Source of the DNA: Octopus bimaculoides
Lineage: Eukaryota
Length of the DNA stretch: 64,000 nucleotides
Assembly (NCBI RefSeq): GCF_001194135.2
Contig: NC_068986.1
Location: 69,626,618-69,690,617 of the forward strand
Direction: 5' to 3'
How positions within the stretch are numbered: the first letter of the stretch is position 1; every line of letters starts with the position of its first letter. Both the position numbers and the translations under genes were made by a program. Shown here piece after piece: positions 53,447-64,000 of the stretch. Below the pieces are notes generated by a model that worked only from the letters and a program-made list of their open reading frames with translations, searched no databases and had not been told where the DNA came from.

Positions 53447-53805
53447 ATAGACTCCGGTGTGGTTGTGTGGTAAGAAGTTTGCTTCCCTACTACATGGTTT
53501 CGGGTTCACTCTCACTGCGTAGCACCATGCGCCTCGGCCCGAAAAATCTTCTGAGTGGAGTTGGTAGACGGAAACTGAAAGAAAGCTCTTGTGTGTGTGT
53601 GTGTGTGTGTGTGTCTACCACCGCCTGACAACCAGTGTTGGTGTGTTTACGTCCAGCGACATAACAGTTTGGCAAAAGACACCGATAGAATGAGCAGCAG
53701 GCTTTAAAAAATACTGGGGTCGATTAGTTCAACTAAAATTCCTCAAGGCGGTGCTCCCGCATGGCCGCAGTCTAATGACTGAAACAAGTAAATGATAAAA
53801 GATAA
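53447..53805 (+). mobile_element. tRNA-derived SINE family B, full length with internal (TG)n
   Basis: GGTTGTGTGGTAAGAAG head, GGGTTCA B-box-like motif, GACGGAAACTGAAAGAA, (TG)n, GACAACC..GGGGTCGATT..GGCGGTGCTCC..GCAGTC.AATGACTGAAACAAGTAAA tail. Confidence 0.85.
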
Positions 53806-54318
53806 AGGTATCTAGAGGAAAAAAATGCAACTGTAGAGAGGTATTTGCGCACTGTACTATTTTATAAACGTGATAGATAGTAAAGTCGACAGACTTTACT
53901 GCATAAATGCAATTCTGATATTTTTTAAGCTACTACCAACACAATCTTTATCACTGAAAAATCAACATTCTCCTACAAAATAACAAGAATCTGCCTTTTA
54001 TCACAATTATATGAAAACTGCGCAAACATTTCGGAATAGTAACAAACAATTACTAACAGATTTACAAAATTTGTTTCCAGAAAATTCCGCAAGATTCCAA
54101 GCGCCAATAATACTGAACGAATTCAATTTGCAGCTGCTAAATGTATCTTCTTATACATATGCAATGCGTTCTACAAAAATAATTTTTGGTCTTAAACAGA
54201 ATTGCAGGGAAAACATCTCAACAAACTTCTAGCTATTATAAAATATATAGTCAAAAGTCTAGTATGTAACGGAGGAATGCATATGTTGTAGAGTGCGATA
54301 GATATAACTAATATCCGT

Positions 54319-54354
<36 letters not shown>

Positions 54355-54739
54355 NNNNNNNNNNNNNNNNNNNNNNNNNNNNNNNNNNNNNNNNNNNNNN
54401 NNNNNNNNNNNNNNNNNNNNNNNNNNNNNNNNNNNNNNNNNNNNNNNNNNNNNNNNNNNNNNNNNNNNNNNNNNNNNNNNNNNNNNNNNNNNNNNNNNNN
54501 NNNNNNNNNNNNNNNNNNNNNNNNNNNNNNNNNNNNNNNNNNNNNNNNNNNNNNNNNNNNNNNNNNNNNNNNNNNNNNNNNNNNNNNNNNNNNNNNNNNN
54601 NNNNNNNNNNNNNNNNNNNNNNNNNNNNNNNNNNNNNNNNNNNNNNNNNNNNNNNNNNNNNNNNNNNNNNNNNNNNNNNNNNNNNNNNNNNNNNNNNNNN
54701 NNNNNNNNNNNNNNNNNNNNNNNNNNNNNNNNNNNNNNN

Positions 54740-54813
<74 letters not shown>

Positions 54814-57328
54814 GAACTAAAATATATGTGAGAACTAAATACGTAGTGTATGACTAAGACAGTTAAAATATAGCAAATAGAATCCATTATGATAAAAGCA
54901 GAATAGAACCAAATTTTATGAATATTCTTTCTGTTTTTTAATACATAGTAAGACTCATCTTTTGAGAATTTGAACTAATGCTATAATTATTCGGCATAAG
55001 ACCTTGCATTTGAAATAATAGTAAATGTCGTTTTTGACATTTTTGTGTGGATCATTTCAGAATCAACCTACCTTCTTTTCACTTGTTCATACTGTTGCTA
55101 TTGTTGCTTAAATCCAGGTCAGCTCTGATACAACAGATCTGTAGCATTGCAGCCATGACTGTGTTTTATATTTCAAGCACAGCCAACTGCATCCTACACA
55201 TATCTAACGTGTCCCTTTTTAAGGTGGTACGCGTATAATTTGAAGGAGATTTGGCAGCTATTTCTAGCACATTATATGAGTACGTAGAGGTTTTATGATG
55301 CCAAATACTTCAACACTTGCATCGAGACTAAAGTTCGCTTATAAAAACTAGATTGAATATCTAAAACAGAAAGTAAAGCTATTTGCTTTGAAGATCAATC
55401 TAAATCTAATAGTAGAATTCCATAAAAAAGAAAACAGACTAGGAGAAATCTTCCCATCTTTGACCTTGTAAATGACATTTTGACGTTTTGAAAAATTTCA
55501 CCTTAAATCTTTTATCTCAACCAAAGAAGAAATATCGAGAACATCTTGATTTGTAAACTGTTCAAATAAATAAATATTTATTTGATCCTTTTGTACTGTA
55601 TAAAAAAGAGAAGTAATGAATGTTTTAATATGCTACTGAAAGTTTCAAATTTGAATATCAAATGAAAAAGAAAGGAGTTAATCAATTGTTTCAATTACGA
55701 ACATTGCTTTTTATCTTTGCGTTAGGTTTATTAGTTTTTGAAATTATAGTATTGACAATATTTTAAATTTTTGTCTAATGACTTCAGATGACAAGAAAGC
55801 TAAAGAGAGTGTCGATTTATTTGACGAACACATGATTGCAAAGTGTGGAATATTCTCCATTATCTTTTTCAAAAATGAAAATAAGCTGTATCGTGACAGC
55901 GAAGGAGTTGGAAGTCAGTATATGTGGGCGTTTGGGGGAAATAATGTTGCTTCTAAGTTATAATAATACATGCTTTTATGAACTGAAAGGCGTGCATGGA
56001 TTGTTATTAAGGATTGACATTGCGTTTGAATGTCAGCCACCAAATGAACTCTGCTCTTGTCGATCACTATCGAACTGAATAAATAACTAAAAGCATTTTT
56101 CTTTTTTAATCCTCATATTTTATTTGTAAAAAACTTGTTTGTGTTAATTGAGCTATTAACTTTATTCTGTTGTGTATTTTCTGTTTTGCGTTGAAGGCGG
56201 TTTATTGTCTGACTGGGGGTAGAACTGAAGTGAAACTTTATTGTAAAATATAATTTTAAAGTATTTACTGGCTCAATAAATAAATGCTGATAATTACTTT
56301 CTTTAGAGTTATTTTTTCTCAGATTCTACTACTGTTTGCGTATTTAATATAAAGCTATATTTTGTGGTTATTGTCTTAGTCTATCAGACCGAAAATATCG
56401 TTGAAAAACTTAATATGTTTTTAATAGTTTGGATTAATGCGTAGTACGTTAATTCATCATAAATAACTTCCCGATGAGAGCAATAATCTAGAATATTATA
56501 GTAGTAATAATTTGTAGATAGTGGTCAATTTAAAATATATCGGTTTGTTGTGACCAACATTGTAGAAGATATGATTGCGGCAATTCCATTCCAGGGTATG
56601 GATCCAATTACTGAGTTAAGCCAAACCTCCAACTTTATTACTTTAAAATTCTTATTTCGTTATAAGGGTGCTGATGATACTCAGACTTCAGTCTCTCTTT
56701 TTTGCAAATGTGCTAAATTTTAAAGAAAAAAAATCAAAACAATTGAATATTTGGGCGTGTTAAAAGGAAAAAAGATCTAACGTTACATAACCCTTTATTT
56801 TTATTCTCATTCTCATAACATAATCTGTCAAAGAAACTTACAACTGTAACACAACTCCAGTATTTTTTTACTTGTTGCTATTATACCCTAACCCTCTTTT
56901 GTTGCTTTCATTACATTGCAAAGAGAAAAAAAAAACGCTTCTAATGCCTTGAATGTTAGACTTGTTATCGGGTGTTTTCGGAGTGCTGATTTGAAATGTG
57001 GTACCGATTATGCTGCACTCGTTATAATTTTGAAGACGCTGCACTTCCTTTCATGTGATGATGTAACCGTTCGAATCATCATCATATAAAGTGGTAAGAT
57101 GCTTCTCCAAGAACATGCAGTAAGCGATCCCAGTGATCCCCTTATATTTATAAGCAGCTAAAAGGTTAGACATATTCTTGGAAATATTTGGGGAAACAAT
57201 TAGAAAAAATATCCTCAGCTTTGCTTATCAACACTCATTAATTCATGATCAGTTATGATAACAAAAATATCAGCAACATTAGAGTCAATAGTAATTGTAA
57301 CATAGAAGTAAATATAAAGTATTTATAT

Positions 57329-57680
57329 TTACTTGTAAATGATGATCACATATTCAACATATGAAAAGCTTATTATAGAACTTTCTAGAGGGAGATTTGC
57401 TAGATCAGTCTTTCTACTAAATGGCCAAAAGTAATCTGCTACCATGTATGCATCCCACCTTTCCTCATACCTTTTTGTCTTTGTTTTTATGCTGCCATGA
57501 AATCTTTTCCCTTGCTCTTCACTTAAATTACTATGCTTTTCTGGAATCGATCTAAATTTTTGTGATGGTAATAAACCTTGATATTCATACCACACAAAAT
57601 TAGGAAGTACGTCCACTGTTAAGTCATTAATTGGTAATTTGCATGAATCTAAAGGTGGTAAAATTTATTCTTAACCAGTG
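57329..57680 (-). mobile_element. Chapaev3-like (CMC) DNA transposon remnant, internally deleted
   Basis: Begins CACTGG; frameshifted MNIKVYYHHKNLDRF / NLSEEQGKRFHGSIKTKTKRYEERWDAYMVADYFW, matching the SIKVH.LHSHLD.F..NL...S(D/E)EQGERFHQDI..ME.RY..RW...M.ADY.W transposase C-terminus. Family name assigned from memory. Confidence 0.65.
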
Positions 57681-57719
57681 AAAGGGTGAAATGAAATCAC
57701 TGTTTTTTTTTTTCTGTCT

Positions 57720-58510
57720 TTGAGAGAGTAGAGCCAAAGATTACTAATGGGAAAAATTGTGAGTGGTCTTTGAAATGTCCTCAATGAACTTTTTGGTTGA
57801 TTGAGAAAAAAATCCTCCTTACACCATTACAATCCAAGCTTAAGCCTAATGAAGTAACTGGTAAAGGTATTGAACAAGAAACTTGTTGGTTTTAGGTGTT
57901 TATGTTGCAAAAGGATTGAAATGAACACGGAAAAGCTTTAAGTAATGAATTTTAATGGGCTCAGTCCGACTGGGTGGTACTTTGGGTAAATGTCTTCTAT
58001 TATAACCCCGGAGCGTATATGTCTCTGTCTGGGTTCTGTGCCTTCGTGTTCATGGTTGTCCCTCACCAACGCTTAACAACCGGTGTTGGTTTGTTTAAGT
58101 TGCCGCAACTTAAAGGTTATGCTTAAGGGACCGATAAAGTTAGTACCAGGCTTAAAAATACGAACTGGTGGCGATTTGTTCGAGTGAATCCTTCAAGACT
58201 ATGCTCCTGTATGGCTGCAGTCCAATGATTTTAACAAGTAAATAATAAAAGATAAAAAGAGAACAACCCCTGCTTTATAGAGTTTTGTGGATTTTGAGCA
58301 TCGTCTTAGTTTGTTCTGATTCTCAAAAACTTCTCGGCAGACAATTATTCTGAATTAATAAGGAGCATGCTTTCCAGTATCAATAAACCTTGCTGTAATA
58401 TGAGCATCAATGTCTGTTGCCGCCACAATAACTTGTACGTATATTGTAACCTATCTAAAAGCATCGATACTATGATAGAATGAACGTTTATGGACTATAC
58501 ATATATCACA
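57720..58510 (+). mobile_element. Second Chapaev3-like transposase remnant, split by a SINE
   Basis: Frameshifted ESRAK, LVD.EKILLTPL..KLSLMK*LVKVL, then after the SINE KNF..ADNYSELIRSMLSS..CNMSINV (cf. KILLPPLHIKLGLMKQFVKAL ... NY.ELV..ML....GCNMSIKVH). Confidence 0.6.
57960..58255 (+). mobile_element. SINE family B, degenerate, inside the Chapaev3-like remnant
   Basis: CAACGCTTAACAACCGGTGTTGG..GACCGATA..GTACCAGGCTT..ATGGCTGCAGTCCAATGA..AACAAGTAAA. Confidence 0.7.
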
Positions 58511-60673
58511 GTAACTAGCAAGGTTGTTTCCAAGTGAAACGTTATTATTAAACTTCTATGAGATACGCAGTACGAAAGGGAAATCCACTAAATATTTTCC
58601 TCTATATATTTTCTCCGTTTGAACCTACGTGTATTTTATAATTTTCCAAATACAGGAAGTATAACGCCTGAAAATCCCAAAGCTGAATAATTCAAAGATG
58701 GGTCAAGATTACTGGTGCCCTAATGGGTCTATTATATTGTAAGAGTCGGCTTTGTTTACAACATACCTTTGTCACATGACCTCAAAGCTGGCATCTCATT
58801 CCATCATCACAAATACGCTGATACTTTGGTGATACTAGTAATTTATATTTCAGATATTAAACGAAATTCGATCTAAAAGTGTATGGAATCTGCACCAAAA
58901 CCATCAATCATTGGCCACGCAGTCACTGTTGATTGTATTGATTTTTTATTGCATCGCCCTCTGTATATATTTGTTATTCCATCACAGATCTTAGTGTTGA
59001 CCATAGTAGCTCTTTGTTTTCGTGGGTAGGGGTTGTTGTTTCAAAACATTTTTCTCTATTATCATTTTTTGTTTAACAATTCATAATATGAATTAAATGA
59101 ATATAATGAGAAATACGATAACTGAAAGCTTGGAATAAAAACAGGCGCCACAGTAAGTCTACAAGACATTGTTGTAGTTTAAAAAAGGAGACGTTAGTTT
59201 GTGTTCTATGAAATGACTTAAAAAATGTATTTGTTTTGTCTGTGGCTCAATCTTTAAATGCTTTATGAATTTCTATTGACGATTGTGCAGCCAACATAGT
59301 TTTAGATGTATTCACACAGAAAAGAATGTGGACGAGAATTTTGTAGTTAATCAATACATAGAACAATATATGAATTATTATTCGAATTTTTAATAGTAAA
59401 TATTTCTAAGAAGGTGAGTCTTCGCTGGCCAAATCACCCAGTTTGCTGTAAAGCCGTACGCCAAAGAGTTCTATTTCCTTTCTCGTATCTGTAGATGCGT
59501 TGCTGGCGAGGTTTTTGTTCGTGTCAGTGTTAATTATACGTATTTACTTGGAGATGGATAGTTGCCACTAGGACGGTTTCTTTTACATACGCTATAAGAA
59601 GATCTAAAATTGAATGATATCTCAACATATCATTGGATTACTCCCAATAAATACACGGCTATAAAGTTATATTTGTAAACTTTTAGGAATCTACTAACTG
59701 AACTGCAGAATTGTGTCATACAAAAACATATTGATTACGAAAATAGTTTAGAAATACGTGTAAATATATTTGATTTAGCGCATAACAAATATTTAAAATG
59801 ATATTGCGTTCAGGACGTTGTGAAAAATACAGTTATATTTAAATATATACATACTGAATGACTACATATAGTTATAGTTTCTATACACAAACAGAAAAGT
59901 AAGTGCGTAAAGGACTTTGCCTTTCTTTCCTGTTTATATATCCATGTTAAGGTTTACATTTAATACACATTACAAGTACATCTTATTTTGCAAGTAATAT
60001 TTTAAAATTTGCATTAAATAAGCTAATTATTCTCGTAATATTATTGTAAACACGAGGGATTAATTCTGATCTCCTGCTTTAATCACTTATAAAATAGTTC
60101 CCAGATGTTTGGGACTGCGAAAGATTTCATTCTTTTTGAAAGCAGCAAGCGAAAGTCTCAAGGCAACATCAGCACACAACACTAAACATTTATATTGCGT
60201 TATTTTGCTTTACCCTAAAGCGAATATTTACAGTAAAGCAATAGGAGTTTGTTTTGTTGATATCTTTAATCGATATACATTATATATATAGGAAGTTAGT
60301 AAACTTCGAGAAGTCAGTAGAAGGTAAAAAAACAACTTTCAGGAACAATAGTGGTTTATTGGGGTAGAAGACTGAAAATTTTTCCCATATCGAAGTTCGA
60401 TAAGCTGAAAAAAGTTATTTTATAGTTCATGGTTAAGAGTTGGGGTTGCTTGAATGCGAATAAAAATCCAAATTTAAGGAATGCAGTAGATCAAATTTCT
60501 AGCGAGTTAATATGGGATCCCTTAACGATAATATAACCTTCATTTGACTAAGGTATCTTTGGCCTGATGAATAGCTAGTGGAGTACCCGTTGTTTGAGTA
60601 ATTACTACTTCCGAAATTCTGCTAGCCAGGAGACATAAGTAGCCCGAATTTTATTACACCATTCCCTAAATTT

Positions 60674-60704
<31 letters not shown>

Positions 60705-61214
60705 NNNNNNNNNNNNNNNNNNNNNNNNNNNNNNNNNNNNNNNNNNNNNNNNNNNNNNNNNNNNNNNNNNNNNNNNNNNNNNNNNNNNNNNNNNNNNNNN
60801 NNNNNNNNNNNNNNNNNNNNNNNNNNNNNNNNNNNNNNNNNNNNNNNNNNNNNNNNNNNNNNNNNNNNNNNNNNNNNNNNNNNNNNNNNNNNNNNNNNNN
60901 NNNNNNNNNNNNNNNNNNNNNNNNNNNNNNNNNNNNNNNNNNNNNNNNNNNNNNNNNNNNNNNNNNNNNNNNNNNNNNNNNNNNNNNNNNNNNNNNNNNN
61001 NNNNNNNNNNNNNNNNNNNNNNNNNNNNNNNNNNNNNNNNNNNNNNNNNNNNNNNNNNNNNNNNNNNNNNNNNNNNNNNNNNNNNNNNNNNNNNNNNNNN
61101 NNNNNNNNNNNNNNNNNNNNNNNNNNNNNNNNNNNNNNNNNNNNNNNNNNNNNNNNNNNNNNNNNNNNNNNNNNNNNNNNNNNNNNNNNNNNNNNNNNNN
61201 NNNNNNNNNNNNNN

Positions 61215-61248
<34 letters not shown>

Positions 61249-62000
61249 CGATACCATTAAGAAATAACAGACTGTGCAGTACATCAGAACGCTTATAGAA
61301 CTAGCTTTAGCTGAAAATCGTTATAACTAGCCATTTACACAATATTTCGTGAATAATATACTATTGAACAAGCGTTGCTATACAAATAGGTTTGCTACGA
61401 TCCCGGTCTGCGATCTGCTTTCTATTTCACATGTAGCCATTAAATGATTTCTAATCAAACCTTAAAAATGACATAACCTTTATTTTATTTCGGTTTTGTA
61501 CACTTTCATTTATACAATAAATAATATCAACAAATGAGAAAATCTCCACAGTAAACTATTAAGAACATATTGTAAGGCTGTATTTTTAATGTTGCAAAAC
61601 ACGAAACAGAAATGCATATTTATGGTTTAGCGTTACCGTTTCAATTTATATATTTTGTATTTTGGTGTTTATTATTCCAATAAATTGGAATATATTTACT
61701 TTAGATGTCCTGTAAATCACTGTTGAATGTGATAATGTTAGTTTAGCCTTAGAGGAATTACCAGTCTTCTTAGATCAAAGCAATGTATTTATTATCTTGT
61801 ATACAATACTTGCAACTCTTAAAACACTTGATTTTTTGGAAATTTCACTCTATTCACATTGTGTTTCATATATGTATATATACATCCTTGTATGTATTCA
61901 GATGATTGGGTTTGGGGAGACTCATCTCCAATAAAATTGTGATATACTCTTTTGATTTTCTGTCATTTTGACGAAATATATTTGTTTTCTTACGAAGTCT

Positions 62001-62024
62001 TTCTTTGCTTTCTTTCAGGTAAGA
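62001..62024 (+). promoter_or_regulatory. Juxtaposed 3'/5' splice-site motif (recursive-splice-like)
   Basis: TTCTTTGCTTTCTTTCAG|GTAAGA, junction 62018/62019. Confidence 0.35.
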
Positions 62025-62375
62025 GTTTTTACAATCTACTTATATTACAGACTGCCAGGTGAGAGTGCTTTTATGTCTAACTATATTAAAACATTGGTTT
62101 TTAATTTTTAGCGAGGTAAAAACTATGTGTACATGGGGAGTGGCAGAATTGAAATATTGTGCTGTTGAAGTCTTTAACAACATCTTTCTCTAGTGACATT
62201 CGTGAAGTCGTTTGACTTCAAACAAAATTTGAAATGAGGTTGTGGATTCGAATTGCCGGGAGCTTACCAATACAATGTAGCGTTCGCTACCTACTCGTCC
62301 GTAAGAAAATATGTTAACGATTTAGCCAATAAACAGTTGATCTTCCATTATATTTTTTAACTTTATAGACCTCTA

Positions 62376-62414
<39 letters not shown>

Positions 62415-62415
<1 letters not shown>

Positions 62416-62524
62416 TCTTTTATTCTTTTACTTGGTTCAGTCATTTGACTGCGGCCATGCTGGAGCACCGCCTTTAGTCGAGCAAATCGACCCCAAGACT
62501 TATTCTTTGGAAGCCTAGTACTTA
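62415..62524 (-). mobile_element. SINE family B 3' end abutting gap
   Basis: CAGTCATTTGACTGCGGCCATGCTGGAGCACCGCCTTTAGTCGAGCAAATCGACCCC. Confidence 0.85.
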
Positions 62525-63356
62525 NNNNNNNNNNNNNNNNNNNNNNNNNNNNNNNNNNNNNNNNNNNNNNNNNNNNNNNNNNNNNNNNNNNNNNNNNNNN
62601 NNNNNNNNNNNNNNNNNNNNNNNNNNNNNNNNNNNNNNNNNNNNNNNNNNNNNNNNNNNNNNNNNNNNNNNNNNNNNNNNNNNNNNNNNNNNNNNNNNNN
62701 NNNNNNNNNNNNNNNNNNNNNNNNNNNNNNNNNNNNNNNNNNNNNNNNNNNNNNNNNNNNNNNNNNNNNNNNNNNNNNNNNNNNNNNNNNNNNNNNNNNN
62801 NNNNNNNNNNNNNNNNNNNNNNNNNNNNNNNNNNNNNNNNNNNNNNNNNNNNNNNNNNNNNNNNNNNNNNNNNNNNNNNNNNNNNNNNNNNNNNNNNNNN
62901 NNNNNNNNNNNNNNNNNNNNNNNNNNNNNNNNNNNNNNNNNNNNNNNNNNNNNNNNNNNNNNNNNNNNNNNNNNNNNNNNNNNNNNNNNNNNNNNNNNNN
63001 NNNNNNNNNNNNNNNNNNNNNNNNNNNNNNNNNNNNNNNNNNNNNNNNNNNNNNNNNNNNNNNNNNNNNNNNNNNNNNNNNNNNNNNNNNNNNNNNNNNN
63101 NNNNNNNNNNNNNNNNNNNNNNNNNNNNNNNNNNNNNNNNNNNNNNNNNNNNNNNNNNNNNNNNNNNNNNNNNNNNNNNNNNNNNNNNNNNNNNNNNNNN
63201 NNNNNNNNNNNNNNNNNNNNNNNNNNNNNNNNNNNNNNNNNNNNNNNNNNNNNNNNNNNNNNNNNNNNNNNNNNNNNNNNNNNNNNNNNNNNNNNNNNNN
63301 NNNNNNNNNNNNNNNNNNNNNNNNNNNNNNNNNNNNNNNNNNNNNNNNNNNNNNNN

Positions 63357-63422
<66 letters not shown>

Positions 63423-64000
63423 CATACATACATACACATATATAGAAAAACGAGAGAGAGAAAGAGAGAAACCATTTGGTGTTAGTACGTCAAACAGGCT
63501 AGAAATTACCCATGTCGAAATCCAAGCCCATCTATTTGGAGTTATAATTATTTCTTTTGGCGTGACAAAGAAAGATCTGGGAAAACCTTAATACATTATA
63601 ATGTGTTTAGCTAATACCAATTAAGTAATGTCAAAAAAAAAAATAATAATAATGGGAGGATCAGAGTTAACCCTGCGAGAAAAATGTTAGGCAAAAGCAA
63701 TATATGCGTAGCACATATTTTCTAGACTCATTTGTTTGGCTGAAGTCCAGCTTATAATGAATTATGCCATACGGTTCTAAGAGATATTCGAACTCAAGAC
63801 AAATTCCTTTACTTTAGGAATCAGAAAATAAATCAATCAAATAAATAAATAAAAAGCTTTTGTGTGTATGAGAAATTAAATTGTTGTTTTGAATATGTTG
63901 ACTCATGAAAGAGTTAAAGATGTCTTGTAAAAATAGTTTCTACTCTACTGATGTGGCAAATGTTCACGGCTGAAAACCCACAGTTCACCGTTGATATGAC

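Noticed and set aside
55778-55963. DEHMI..G motif as piggyBac transposase
   Set aside because: Similarity too short; following residues do not fit.
58854-58995. Hydrophobic terminal exon ILNEIRSK...LIVLIFYCIALCIYLLF
   Set aside because: T-rich sequence yields hydrophobic stretches by chance; no linked exons.

Overview
Eukaryotic, AT-rich, repeat-saturated DNA with 18 N gaps (about 7 kb, most anchored on microsatellites). The SINE and MITE families resemble those I recall from octopus genomes (inference, not searched). I find no confidently supportable host protein-coding gene. Almost all long ORFs in the supplied track are microsatellite or N artefacts, so the window reads as intronic/intergenic. 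Supported content is as follows. Three tRNA-derived SINE families. Decayed non-LTR retrotransposon fragments: an R4/Dong-like RLE embedded in (TAA)n, a CRE-like RLE, and a CR1-like RT. DNA-transposon remnants: two Chapaev3-like pieces, a Tc1-like piece, a mariner MITE and a TTAA MITE. The most interesting signal is at 22.4-23.2 kb: two tandem minimal type-I hammerhead ribozyme motifs exactly 280 bp apart, the second with an intact catalytic core and a palindromic stem III. They sit next to a ~126-nt fold-back element, forming a Penelope/retrozyme-like cassette. Other leads are a 58-bp inverted-repeat pair around 0.9 kb, a strong AG|GT recursive-splice-like site, a repeat-SINE-repeat-SINE-repeat array, and several weak orphan exon candidates.
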